Shown: positions 24,501-36,805 of the stretch, in pieces
How positions within the stretch are numbered: position 1 is the first letter of the stretch
How the letters are laid out: each line of letters begins with the position of its first letter
From: Chromera velia
Lineage: Eukaryota
Assembly: GCA_018398765.1 (NCBI GenBank)
Contig: JAHBMJ010000256.1
Coordinates: 1 to 52,573, forward strand
Direction: 5' to 3'
Length of the DNA stretch: 52,573 nt
Position numbers and translations under genes: made by a program
The notes under the pieces: generated by a model
Databases searched by the model: none
Told to the model about the DNA's origin: nothing
What the model saw: the letters and a program-made list of their open reading frames with translations, nothing else

Positions 24501-27353
24501 GCGACCTCCATTCACGACTGCCACAGTAACGCGACGTGCAACAACACATTCGGAAGTTTTGTGTGCTCCTGCAACGACGGCTGGATTGGAGACGGTGTGA
24601 GCTGCTCAAGTGAGTGCATGAGTGCATGTTTTGTAAGCTGATCAAGTGAGGGGAGAGAAAAAAAGGGCAACCAACGGACGAGGTCAACCGATTGGAAGAG
24701 GTAAAGAGAAGAGAGATCGCCATGATACACGGAGGGCTCGACAGAACCTTTGCTGGCTGCATGATTGTTTGATACTCATCCACCCATCACGCGTGTCCTC
24801 GCGAAGCTTTGAGGTGCTTTGAAAACTCCAGTTCAATGGAGGCTCATTCGAGGATATCTGACTTAGAAAGCACACAATGATATCGAAGGAATCAGGTCGA
24901 GACCTTTCATACCCAACCGATCTGGTGACATTGCACGTCTTCACTCAACCTCTTGTGTTACTGTGCTCTTTCTCTCTACCTGCAGACGTGAACGAGTGCA
25001 GCAACGGCACCCACAACTGTCATGGAAACGCCACGTGCGCCGACAACATCGGGAGCTTCGTGTGCAGCTGCAACGATGGGTGGACAGGTGACGGCGTAAC
25101 CTGCACAAGTGAGTCAGTCAAAGAGCGGGTTGCGTGTAAAGGGACGAGCACATGCTACAGATTCGTGTTCTGACTGAAGACAAGGAGACGACAAATGCAT
25201 CTGGAAGCAAAAACTACCATGATGAAGGCAAGTGTGTGACTGTGTCTGCAGACGAGGACGAGTGCTCTCTGAGCAGCCACGACTGCAACCAGAACGCCAC
25301 ATGCTCTGACAACATCGGAAGCTTTATGTGCTCATGTAACGACGGCTGGATTGGAGACGGTGTGAGCTGCTCAAGTAAGTGCGTGAGTGCGTGTTTTGTG
25401 AGTTATGCAAATGGGCGAAAAGAAGAAAAGAACGGCGAGATCAACGAAATGGAGGAGGTGGGGAGAAGAGAAATGGGGAGAAGATCTGAAGATTCACGGA
25501 GGGTTCGAGAGATTCTTCCTTTTTTTTCTACTTCCCGATTCTCGCTCTCGCAAACCTTTGAGGTTTTTAGAAAACTCCAGGTCAATGGAAGCTGATTCAG
25601 GTCAATTAGCGGTCGTGCAGAGATTAGAGGAACTGCCGGCTACGGACATGTAGGTGGCTTCAGTTTATCATTCATTCTCCCCGCTTCATGAGCTCTGATT
25701 CAAACGGCATACAATTACATGGAACGAATAAACTTGAAAGCTTCCAGACCAAACCGATCTGATACTATTCTACGCGAATGATTTCACTCATTCACGTATG
25801 CTGTTTTGCTTTTTCTGTCCACCTGCAGATGTGAACGAGTGCAGCAACGGCACCCACAACTGTCATGGAAACGCCACGTGCGCCGACAACATCGGGAGCT
25901 TCGTGTGCAGCTGCAACGACGGGTGGACAGGTGACGGCGTATCCTGCACAAGTGAGTGAGTGAGTGAGTGAGTGAGTGAGACGCGGAGCAGGTTACGTTT
26001 AAAGAGGCACGCACACGCTGTAGTTTCAACTTCATGCAAAATGATTTGATGCCATTGGTAGCGAGGAGGAGAATGCATCCGGCAGCCAAACAACACCATG
26101 AGGAAACCAGGCATATGTGTCATCATGACTGCAGATTCGGACGAGTGCTCTCTGAATACCCACGATTGTCAAGGGAACGCCACGTGCACCGACAACATCG
26201 GAAGTTTCGAGTGCCCCTGCAACGCCGGGTTCAACGGAACCGGGGTGTCCTGTTCTGGTACGTGAGTTTCTTTCTTTCTGTGCCAAACTTACTTATCCAG
26301 AAGCTAATGGTCAAAAAACATACTTGCAAAAAGGAATCGGGTGAAAGATGGATCCACAGAGAGCACCTGATCGACATAGTTTCTCTAATTCCAGACGAGC
26401 GCACCGCTTTTCTCAGAAAAGTCCACCTCCCTCCCGTGTAAAGAAATTCTGAAACGTCCAGCTCTCCTCATTTGTTGTCCGTGTCTTGTCGTGCCTTTGT
26501 CTCTCTTTTCAGACGAGGACGAGTGCTCATTGTTCACTCACAACTGCCATGCCAACGCTTCGTGCGCGAATTCTGTTGGGAGCTTCGCCTGCGAATGTGT
26601 GTTTGGGTTCTCAGGAAGCGGCGTTAGCTGTACAGGTCAGCAGACGCAGAAAGAAACTTGGGGGTCTGGAGAGAAGAAGGCTGTACAGTTGGGGAACAAG
26701 AGGTCAATAGAGCCGTTTTCTGACAACCAAAGATTCGCGCCAATTGTCTGCTGTACGACTCTTTTCTACTTGAGCTCCCTCTGCCCTTGACCTCCGTCCC
26801 GTATGGCGGTAGTCATGTCTAGGGGGGTGGTAAAGATATCCTCTCCATTTTTTCTCTGCTGCTCTTACATCATCCATCATACAGCAGTGTCTCAACAAGC
26901 TTTGCCCAAGAGTGCCCAGCCAGCAAAAATTTATTCGTATTCTCTGTAGCTTTCATCAATTGAGCATATGCCTCTGCAGACGACGACGAATGTCTGCTGA
27001 GTGTCCACAACTGTCACTCTAAGGGGGCGTGTGCGAACAGCGAGGGCTCATTCTCCTGTGGGTGTAACTCTGGATTCTCTGGAGACGGCGTCTCGTCCTG
27101 CATTGGTCTGTCCGTTTGTCTCTTAGTCAAGGAGGCTGGGGGCTGGGGGGGTCAGTTTGTGTGTTCTACGTCCAGGAATGTAGATGGACTGGGCGGGGGA
27201 AAAGCAGAACATGGACGCAGCAAATCTCCAGGCGTGACAATCAGTGAGAGCATTCACATGAAATTGGGATGTTCGTTGTTTGAGTAGGTAGGTGCTTCTC
27301 TGGCAACACCTGTGAGCTCGCTATGCGTTTTTCGTGAACGATGCAAAGGGACA

Positions 27354-27391
<38 letters not shown>

Positions 27392-30300
27392 CCTCTTTCT
27401 GTGCAGACGTCGACGAGTGCACACTTGGAGCACACAACTGTCACGTCGATGCAGCCTGCCAGAACACAACAGGGAGCTTTGTGTGTGAGTGCAACTCACC
27501 TCTGGTTGGAGATGGCGTGGAGTGCGACGGTGGGTCGATCGACCGATCTCCCTGCATGCAAAGTGTAATCTCGTGTATTCTTGGATAGTCTACCTTTTGA
27601 AAACTTTTAGTGTCATAATTACAGGGTCACTTCAAGCATGCACACGCACCCGGCTGCTCTGGGGCTCACCTTTTCGATCGCAGTGACGGAAGGATTTGGC
27701 GTTCAATGGTTGGATCATAAAGTCTCATCTTCCGTTGACATCTTCGTTTGTGATTACATTTGGATGCATTCTGAGTTTGCCCTATTCATCTGCTGGAAGA
27801 ATTTCAGTGCCAACCACATACATCAAGGAATTTTCTTTCTCAATCTCTTCTTCTTTACTCGCGTTTTCACACGGGGCCGTTCTCATTCACGAATGCCTAC
27901 ATTCGTTCTGCTCTGAGGTTTGTGCTTCCACAATCAGGACGTGTATGGATTTGTGTGCCTGCTGTGACTGGTGTTCTTTTGCACATTTTTGGCACCCCCT
28001 ACCGAATCGACGCGCTTGCAGAGGCTCCGCTTTTTGACGTCAGTCTTTAATTCAGAACAGTCTGAGACTGAAGCCCTTGGGTTTCGCATGTTTCCTTCTT
28101 TCCCTTCGTTCCTAGTTTTGTTTTGTTTTTCTCTGTGTCAAGACCGAAGTCTTTTGTCGACTATGTGTGATGTAGACTTCTTTCGTACCGCGTTCGCGTG
28201 CGAGCAGGCCGTCCGGACTTCGGTGCGAAGTCTGAATCGGTTGGTCTGCATGTGATTCATTCATTCAATCAGGTGGCCGATATCTGTAGCGCCAACTCGA
28301 CTGCCGGCGACATTCAGGAGAACTACAACGCCGAAAAAGCCCGGATCCAGGCCTCTGGAGTCAGTCAGTCAGTCAGTCAGAGATGGGGGGGGGGAACAAT
28401 TGACCTCTACTGTGGAACGAGAATGTTCTTTGTACTATTCTGAAGGAACGTCCCGATGGTGGGCTCTTTGCTTCTTAACTTCTGAAGAGTCTCAGCTAGA
28501 GTGAAAGCGCTCGAAGTGTTTTTGTTGTTTTCGGAGCAAAATCGTCGTGCGGTCGCTGGCCGTTGCATCTGCGAAAAATTCGATTCTTGCATGATCAGAG
28601 CAGGACATGAATTCCTTTCCCCCTGCTGTGTCCTGACTATTTGATTGCAGGCAGAAGCAATTGCCTTCAGTCTCCTGGATACCAAATTTGAAGCATGCCT
28701 CGAGAACCTTCCCAAGGCAGAACAGGTGACCGTCCTCACAGAAGTGCTGGAGGAGACCATGGTGACAACCCCGGTGTTTCCGGTAAGTTGTGTATAATCT
28801 TAACTCTTTCTTCACTGGTCGTGGACACAAAAGCGCTTAAAGAGGAGTCACCCTTCATGCAGAAGAACAGTTTGTTTTGTTTTGGGGATTTCGTCGTACT
28901 TAAAAGCAATGTTTCTCATTGTCATTTGCCATTTTGAACTCAAGCAGCATTGGAGAAAACAATTGCTTTCCCTGCACAAACAATCCTCACTGTGCTTTCG
29001 ATCCGTGGATGACTGCATGCCACGATTCGATTGATTGTACTTGCAGGAAGATGATGCCGCCGCCCTTGCTCTTCTTGTCTCGCTGGACAAAATCGGTGAG
29101 TGATGGATGCATTCATTTTTCTTTCTGCATGTCTTCAGCAGCCTCGAGCGAGTACCCAGCGAGCTCTGCATGGGGAAGTGCGTAGAGATCTGAATAAGGT
29201 TTCTGCGACGTGGATTCTCTTTCTCGCATCTGAGTGCAATCAATCGAAGAAGGAAGTCTTGATGTCATCTTGAGGCCCAGCGCGTCTCTTTCGACGCATC
29301 TGTCGCCCCTCTTTCTGCATGCTCTTGCAGGCGATCTGATCTCGGAGCTCTCACAGACGGGGGAATCCGTCCAGGTGGACAGCCCCGACATGACGATGTT
29401 GGTCTCCACATTCGACCAGGCCACACTGGTGTTCTCTGCAGGGACTACAGACGTCTCAGTTTTCATGGAACTCAATGGTGCAGAAGATATCCAAGGTACG
29501 TGGGCGAAATCGTTAAGGAGAGGCACAAATGCGACGAGGCGATGGAGCCTTACTCGTCGTAGACTTTTTATCTTTTTTGAATTTTGGACAGAAAACGGAG
29601 GGATCGGACAGCAAGCAAGAGACTGACCGGATCACGCAGAAAGGAAGGGGGCCGTCATGTCACTTTTCTGCTTGAGCTCTTGAGTCTTTGGGGCCAGCCG
29701 TTCAATGACCTCCCATCGTGCGCAAAGTGATGCCTGCAGGTGAAACAGTCCAAGGAGGGTTCTCGGAGAGATCCCCTCCCTCTTGGTCCTCTCTGCTGGG
29801 AGCAATGGACCGATCAGAACGTCATTTTGCTGAGCAGCAGGAGGGAGAGGAAGGAAGGCGGAGCCTCGTGCTGCTAACGACGGTCGACAACCCGCACCCT
29901 TATGCAGCAGGGAGAACTAAGGAAGGAGGGTTCCTTCTCGAAGGGGCAACCAGGTTGGTTGGTTCACTCTTTTTTCTTTCTCCATCTGTTTCTCTCCACC
30001 AGTGTCTCTGTCTGCTTCGGACAACAGTGACTGGAGTCTCACTCTCTCTCTGTCTCTCACTCACTCTCAACTAATTGGTTCCTGCAGATATGTCCGAGTG
30101 CAAGCGCGACAGAGACGACAGGTAGTGGGGTCGGGGCGGATCCCTCAGGTCTCCCTCTCCTCCTTTGGGGGCGGAGGTTCCCGTGCGCAGGGGGGGCGAT
30201 CAAGCGGTAGGCGGCGGCTTGCGGAGATCAAAATGATTGACTCAGCGGAGCAGCTGGAGGTTCCCGTTGATGAGGCGAAGGAGACGGCGGGGGCCCTGAA

Positions 30301-33300
30301 GATCCGAGCACAAGGGCCGGACGCGTCTGCAATGCTGCAACAGCGGGGGCTCCTCGAGTCTTCATGGGAAGACCTCCACCTGGGTCTGCGGGGAGGGGAG
30401 TGGGTCCTCGAGTGCGCTCAGCTGGACGTGCAGCAGGAACTGTGGACGAACGCAGGTCAGCAGACACGAAAGGAGAGCAGTGCACTACCGATGCTTTACC
30501 GTGCTGGACAAACGGCACACCGCAATCGTTGGAGTCTGCTGTCAAACTGATGAGTCGGAAGCAAGTGGGAAGGCTTGTTCGCCCATGCAGCATGGGTTCT
30601 CTTACTTGATTGATCTCCCTTTGATTCAGAATGGTGATTCAGATTGGTTTACCAGGTGATTCAGAATGCAAGAAGGAACGTGTTCTGTGGGACAAATATG
30701 AATGAAATCAAATCTCTTGCTTTCATCGGTTGCAGGTTGTCGCTTTTACCTCTCAGAAGCTGAGGGCGAGTGGTGGTGTGCGTGTGCACTCCGGTCCCTT
30801 GCGACGACGCTGATTGCAGTCCAACGGGTTGGTGTGGAGGAAAGGGGGAGCTTTCATTTGCCGGTTGGGATGTGTTGTTTGAGTGGGGTCCCTACCCAGT
30901 CTGATGGAAGTGTTGCTGCCTATTGTCATGTGCGTCCTATGAGGTATTTCTTTGAGGCGGCAAGGCAAGAAGAGTCTTTTTTTTGCCAACTTTTTTTGTC
31001 CACTTTGGGGGGACACAGTCGAGAGCGGCCTGTTGTGGGTGGTCGTTTCCAGAGAAAAGTGTCTCACGGGGATAAGAATACGGAAAGACTGAAAAAGCCT
31101 CTCGCAGCAGAACCCTTCTTTGTTTTTTCTAAGACTCTCTCTTTTTCTGTCTTTCTCTCTTTGCAGTACATTCCACCCCCTCGTCATCCTGCCGTGAAGG
31201 GAGAGGCTGCGTGGGCTCACGAGAAGACCATCGACTGGCTTCCTGGAGCCGTAGCTGTTCTCTGGTTGTGGCTGCTTGTTCTCGCCCTTCTTGGCGGACT
31301 TGGCGTCCTCTATCTCTTGTAAGTTAGTTTCTGGAATTCAGATGAAGCCCATACTTTTCGTTAGTCATCTGTCTAAATCTATACTTTTTTGCTCGTTCTT
31401 TTGTTTTTGAAAACACTTTCTTGTTCCGCTTCCTTATGTTTTGCTCGTAGGAAGAGAAAAAAGGTCTGAAATGCATTCGTTCCTGATCTGTCCCTATGCA
31501 GTGCCATCCGGGCAGAGAGAGACCTGAGTCCCAACCTCACATCGCTGGACCCGCAACCTGACCAAAAGGCGCTGCTGGAGAAACAGAGCCAAGCACCCAC
31601 AGACAAACTCGCCTCTGGCAGTCTTTCAAAGACTTCAGCAGTCACGAGGGAAGTATTTGACTCTGAGCGTCACAGAAGGAGGCTTGGGGTCTTCTTTACC
31701 CCCAGGAGGGTGGTTGGGTTTCTGGAGGCGCGGGCGTGGATGTCCAAACGCGCACACAGAGACTCAAAGGGGGGGGGGCAGACGACTTCTGACAGCACGG
31801 TCCGTCACGGAAGTCTAGGAAGGCTGCGAGCTCTGGTCTCTCAGTCCCCTTGCGCCGTTTGCTGTCGGCGACTCCTTCTCCGCGAGGAGACGCTGGCGTT
31901 TGTGGACGCCCGCCAGCTCTCGCGGCTTCGTGAGTTGAATCGTCTGAAGCTGTCCGCAAAGATGAGAGGTTACCTGGATGGTGGAGAGGCAAGGCAGCGG
32001 CTGACGTGGCAGCAGTTGGATGCAGAGCTCGCGAGCAGAAAGTATGACATGGGGCTGCAGTTCAAGAGCCAGGCGTGGGAGGCAGAGGAGGGAAGGAATA
32101 ATTTTCTCCTCCCTGCAGATACGTGGCAAACGTCGGTGGCGACTTTCACGACTGCCCAGACCTTCCAGTCCGCACGCACGCAGGCAGAGGCAGAGTCAGA
32201 GTCTCGGTCAAAGAGCAAAAATCCTTTTTCCCAGTCTGCCTCGTCCTCCTCTGTCTCTTCCTGGGAGTCCACTCAAACAGAAGGAGAGGAACAGAGACCC
32301 CTATCTCCAAGTAAGCGTCCTGTCCAGCCTGTCGGGTTCGTGGAGTCTCCTGAGAGCGGTGGAAGAACGAAGAAGAAAAGTGCCGACGTGGACGCCAGCT
32401 CGCCCCTGTCTTCACAGACTGCTGACGCCGCATCACCCCTCCCACGTCCTCCCCGGTGGCTCGAGAATTCGCCTGCGGGGGCGCTGCTGTCCCACCTCCG
32501 TGCATTTAAGCACTCCGTGATGGAGGGTTTATCCCCTTCAGCCAAGAAGGGAAGTCCCGTCAGCGGCATTGCAGAGAAAGGAAAAGGGGAAGACTCAGAG
32601 AATGACGAAAGTCTGAGGAGCCGGGGTGAATCATCAGATACAGAAAAGTCGATCCAATCAGGCGAATGGAGTGTTGTAGAAAATCTGGAGCACTTGAAAT
32701 ACATTCTCTTTCGCAAGGACGGAGAAGAGGAGGGGGAAGACAAAAAAGAAGGAAAGGAAGATACAAATGGGGCAGAGAGTAAAAGAAGCGAGGCGTCTCT
32801 TGCTCTGGCCGAGCAGGAGCCCGAAAAAGAATTGTTGGAAATTCCAGAAAGCGGGAGCAAAAAGAGTGGGGATGGAGAAGACACGGCAGACCTTGAAATA
32901 GAGGAGGTAGAAGAGGAAAGCCCCCTGGTAAGAGGAAGAGAAAGCACAAAGGGCCAATCGTCTCCATGGAGAAAAGCCTTCGGGGGATCCCTTTTTTTCC
33001 CTAACCCTTCAGGTTTAGACCCTCCTGCGTCTAGGTCTGTCCCCCACACCCCCAAGACCCCAAAGGACCCATCGGAGGTCCTTCGCTCCCTTCCCTCGGA
33101 AAAGCAGCCGGAAACCAAAGAAGCCAGAAAGAAAAGAAAGGAAGAGCGCCTGCTGATGAAAGCGCTGAAGTGCCAGAGAGAGGTGCTCTTCAAGACAATC
33201 GAGGGCATGGATGAAAAGAAGAAGCACGGACAGGGGAGGTCAAAAATGGCTATTGTCGCACCTCAAGGGTATGCTAGACCTGGAAGGCTTCCCCTCAGGT

Positions 33301-35234
33301 AAGTCAGATACCATGGATAAGTTATTTTCTTGTTCATGGGTAGTTGCCAGTGTCCTTTCAGCTTTGAGAAAGAGAGACTTCTGATTTCGTGTGAGCAATT
33401 TCCTTCTCATTTTCATTTCTTCTGGCCAGGACCAGAATTTGGATTGTGTTAAGTACGACCGGGATCTATCACAGGCATCGATATGCCTTCCTTGAACGGC
33501 TGTCTGCAGGTCACGCTGGGTCCTTTGGGGCTTTGTTTGGCTTTACCTGTCAGTTATAGAGAGAGGCAGTAACAGAGATACATGGGGAGAGACAGAAAGA
33601 GAGAGACCTGCGGGGTACTTTTGCTTTGTGTAAAGTCCTGATCGACCTGAGGTGAATGGTATTCTCTCCTTTGCTTTCCCTCTGCACCTTTGGCGTCTGG
33701 AGTGGAAAACCTTCTCTTGGCTTTCGGTAGCACCCTTTGAAGAGAATCTGCTCCCTTTGCTCTGATTGACCGCTATAGAATCTTTCACTTTTTTGACCGT
33801 CATCCTCCCCCGCCTTTTATCTCTCTCTCATTGCAGAAAGAGCCTGGACACCGGGCACGTCATCCTTCGTCTCGTCAATTGGCCGCGTGTGTGGCTGCAG
33901 TCAGATGCGTCGCCCCTGACCGACACTCTACTCTTCATTCTTCGACTGGTTGGCACCTTCTGCCTCTGCCTCATTCTTAACGCAGCGACAGTTCTCGTCG
34001 GCGAAACCGACGACTTCCACACACCGCACACGCCTGTCACACTGACCACAGCCCCCCGCCAGTTCCACCTGCCGTCAAGTTTAGACCTCCTCTCCTTTGC
34101 CCCTGCTGCGGCAGTGAAGATTTTGATCTCATTCCTGGCCTTGTTGCTTGTCGTGGGGTCTCTCTTGAGACCGCTGTGTGCGCGTGTGTGGAGCGAGGAA
34201 TCGCTCTTTGAAGACCTTCACGTCGTCAGACAGAGCCCCTCTGATCCCTCTGAAGAAGGGGAAAGGACAGACCAGAGCCCCTTGGGGCGGCTGTCCCTGC
34301 CTGTCGGTGCAGAGGGAAGGGATCGGTCAGAGAGGCCTTTCTCGGCCCCTGACAGAAAGAGCACTCACAAAGAAACACGACGCAGCTCTCTCGCACGAGC
34401 AGAGACCAAACTAGCAGAGGAATTCTCGTCCGGTAGGCTGCTGTACTACAACTTTGGAGAGGCAATGAGCATACGAGCGCGCCCAGTGAGACTGCCACGC
34501 GCTGAGTGCGCACACCGGTTCGTTGCCAGACGGAATCTGGAGGTTGTGGTGCAGAAGCTCTTGTGGGTGGCGTGTGGGGTGGCTGCACTTGTCTACCTCT
34601 CTCTCCTCGCAGTGGCAACGGCGGAGTGGAAAGCGAGTCGGGAATCGGCCAATCGTGAAGAGTGGGGGGGCCTGAGAGGAAATCAATTCTGCAGCAGGCG
34701 GCCGTCGGTTGTGCTCTCTGAGCATTCGGTCGGCATTTTGATCTTCTTCCTGCTGGAGATTCTCTGGTGCTGTCTGCAGGCGCTCTCGCGGGCGATGCTG
34801 CTCAGGTCTGTCGCGGATGGTGGGGAGTCCGAAGGGAAGTGGGTAGAGACACTATTTTGGTTGAGGTGTCGTATTGTTGTAAGGTTGATGAAAGGGCAAA
34901 CAACATGCTGGAAGTGGAAGATGCCGCTTAAAAAGGGACAGGCATAGTAGACACGTCGCGGCGAGCGTCTATCGCTTGTCTCGATCAAGAGGTCTGGTCG
35001 CAACTTTTGCATCCACTTTGGTTTTCCCTTTGTTTTTCCAATGTCTGCAGGTTGTCTCTGAGATCTGGGCTCGTCCGGAGGTTTCTGAACTGTTTCCCTC
35101 GGGCGGCGATGTTCTCGGACCTTCACCCAGAGGCAGAGGTCAAATTCGGAAAGGACGTCGTCAAAGCGCTCGACGCCGTCCCCGCCTCCAACTGGATTGT
35201 CCCGCCTGAGAGGTTCGATTGCCTCGCAGACTAA
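18550..35234 (+). CDS. ~2998-aa polycystin-1/adhesion-type surface receptor: signal peptide, 5 discoidin/F5-8C-like modules, 13 cbEGF-like repeats, GAIN/GPS-like region, 5 TM helices
   Basis: 26 phase-consistent exons: 18550-19225, 19728-20462, 20737-21453, 21934-22665, 22853-23587, 23910-24035, 24487-24609, 24986-25108, 25252-25374, 25829-25951, 26135-26257, 26513-26635, 26980-27105, 27407-27529, 28143-28222, 28273-28359, 28651-28782, 29047-29095, 29331-29495, 29740-29953, 30088-30455, 30736-30827, 31167-31318, 31502-33298, 33837-34805, 35051-35234(TAA). Sum 8997 nt. Signal peptide [29 protein letters not shown] consensus DxDEC-x5-NChxnAtCxnxxGSFxCxCnxGfxGDGvxC. GPS-like [32 protein letters not shown]. 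Confidence 0.85.
21473..21612. repeat. Compound (TC)n(TA)n(TG)n(CTTT)n microsatellite, intronic
   Basis: Direct reading. Confidence 0.9.
23792..23894. repeat. Compound (TC)n/(TG)n microsatellite, intronic
   Basis: Direct reading. Confidence 0.9.
24487..25951 (+). repeat. Tandem duplication of a two-EGF-exon unit including the intervening intron
   Basis: Exons 24986-25108 and 25829-25951 differ at 3 of 123 nt. Exons 24487-24609 and 25252-25374 share their 3' ends. Intron remnants align (gaaaactccagttcaatgga at 24821 vs gaaaactccaggtcaatgga at 25570). Confidence 0.85.
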
Positions 35235-36569
35235 CCGACTGACTGACTGACTGACTGCGTGGAGACGTCAGGCTTCTTACGATCGAGAGAGACCAAACAG
35301 ATAAGATATGGACAAACACAGAGCCTACGCGGCTCACGCGAAACTACAGAAAATGCACTCCTTTATGTCTCTTTATTGAGGAAGAAGACGACAGAGGGGA
35401 TCCCGAAGCGCTGTGCATTTATGGGGGGGGAAGATTTCATAGAAAAAGGGGGTGGGGTCGCAGGACGGGAGGGAATTGGGGTCTCGAGGGGCGAGATCGA
35501 TTTGTGGATGGACAGTGAGTGCGAGTAAGTTGTCAATGAGTAAATTTGAGTTCTGCAAGTCGTTTTGCTGCGCACATAAATGCGGCTGGGTAAGGTTCCT
35601 TCGTCGCTCTTTTCTCCACGCAACCACCTACTTTGCTGACTCTGAAAAAGTGGAATGAGTCGCCGCGCATTCCCTTTCACCTACTTTGCAAAACTTTTCG
35701 AAATAATTGAATGTCTAAATTCCCTTTCTTGCTGGACTCACACACAGTGGAGGGCAAGCTCCATGTTTCACTTTGATCAAATTCTGCGTCTGCAGACCTG
35801 ACTTCGAATGTGTACAGACCTTGGTGAGAGTGAAATCGGCTAACCGTTGAGCTCTCGCGTTGCTGACTTGCTCTTTCATCTATGCTTTCACGTTGTGATT
35901 GTATTTAAATTTGTGCTCACTTGAGTCCCCTTGAACCACTGGCATTCGTTTTAGTTGGTCAGATCTTCGGATCGATTTGATCAGTGCAACGCCAGTCAAT
36001 ACTGAACGTTACTGTACGCAATCAGATACGAATACATACCATCATCTCACCCGTCATTGGAAGCAATGAGGTTCATAAACACGTAAAAAGTACGAAAACT
36101 CTTCATGATAGCAAATTAAATCTTCAAAAATTGTATGTATTACTTCAATCACGTACAGCATAAATTGAGAATGATAAATAAATTATATAGTTACGTACAT
36201 TGTTGCCAGTGATTTAATTTTTCAAATCTAGTTCAAAATTTGCTTGAAAAACTAGCTGAAAATATGGCAATAAAAATTTAAATGAAATAGATTATTATTA
36301 TATAAATTTATATCTCTTAAATACGAGGCTAGATATAAAATATTGGAAGTTCTACTACTCTGAAGTTTTTGTCTTTGTTCGGTCACATAAGATAAAAAGA
36401 TATATCTAGAGATATATAGTAAATAAAAGAAAAAACTGGCCGAGTCCATTTTTTTTTTCCTTCCTACTATGTATGCGATGCCTACTTGTAGACGGCTGCT
36501 AGACGGTTCTGCAGCGAGTTCTCTAATAACACTAGCACAAAAAAAAAAAAAACAATAATTTTTTTAATT

Positions 36570-36635
36570 GATCTCTGCATACTACCAGTTATAAGCTCGA
36601 ATAATCGATCTCTGCACACTACCAGTTATAAGCTC
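36570..36635. repeat. 29-bp direct repeat pair
   Basis: gatctctgcaYactaccagttataagctc at 36570-36598 and 36607-36635, one mismatch. Confidence 0.9.
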
Positions 36636-36707
36636 TAACTTTTTTGATACTCTACTCAGGCTACTCAAATTAACTATAGTAGTGTGTAGTATCAAAAAAC
36701 ATTTAAA

Positions 36708-36805
36708 CAGAGTTGTTAAGTCCCGACAAACCTAAGTACCGAAATCCGATACCGACCCCCCCTCTGGTACCGAGGTACCGAAAGTACCGAGACTTAACAA
36801 CACTG
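36708..36805. mobile_element. 98-bp non-autonomous hAT-type MITE
   Basis: TIRs cagagttgttaagtc (36708-36722) and gacttaacaacactg (36791-36805), 14/15 match. Perfect 8-bp TSD catttaaa at 36700-36707 and 36806-36813. Five internal taccga repeats. An 8-bp TSD with CAG-starting TIRs is typical of the hAT superfamily. Confidence 0.8.

Noticed and set aside
18550..27529. Calling the receptor a fibrillin, Notch or microneme-protein orthologue
   Set aside because: Only generic EGF repeats are shared. No TB, LNR/ankyrin or TSP1 domains are visible, and the C-terminus is GPS-like plus multi-TM.
32273..33208. 311-aa minus-strand ORF
   Set aside because: Antisense shadow of the receptor's large cytosolic exon.
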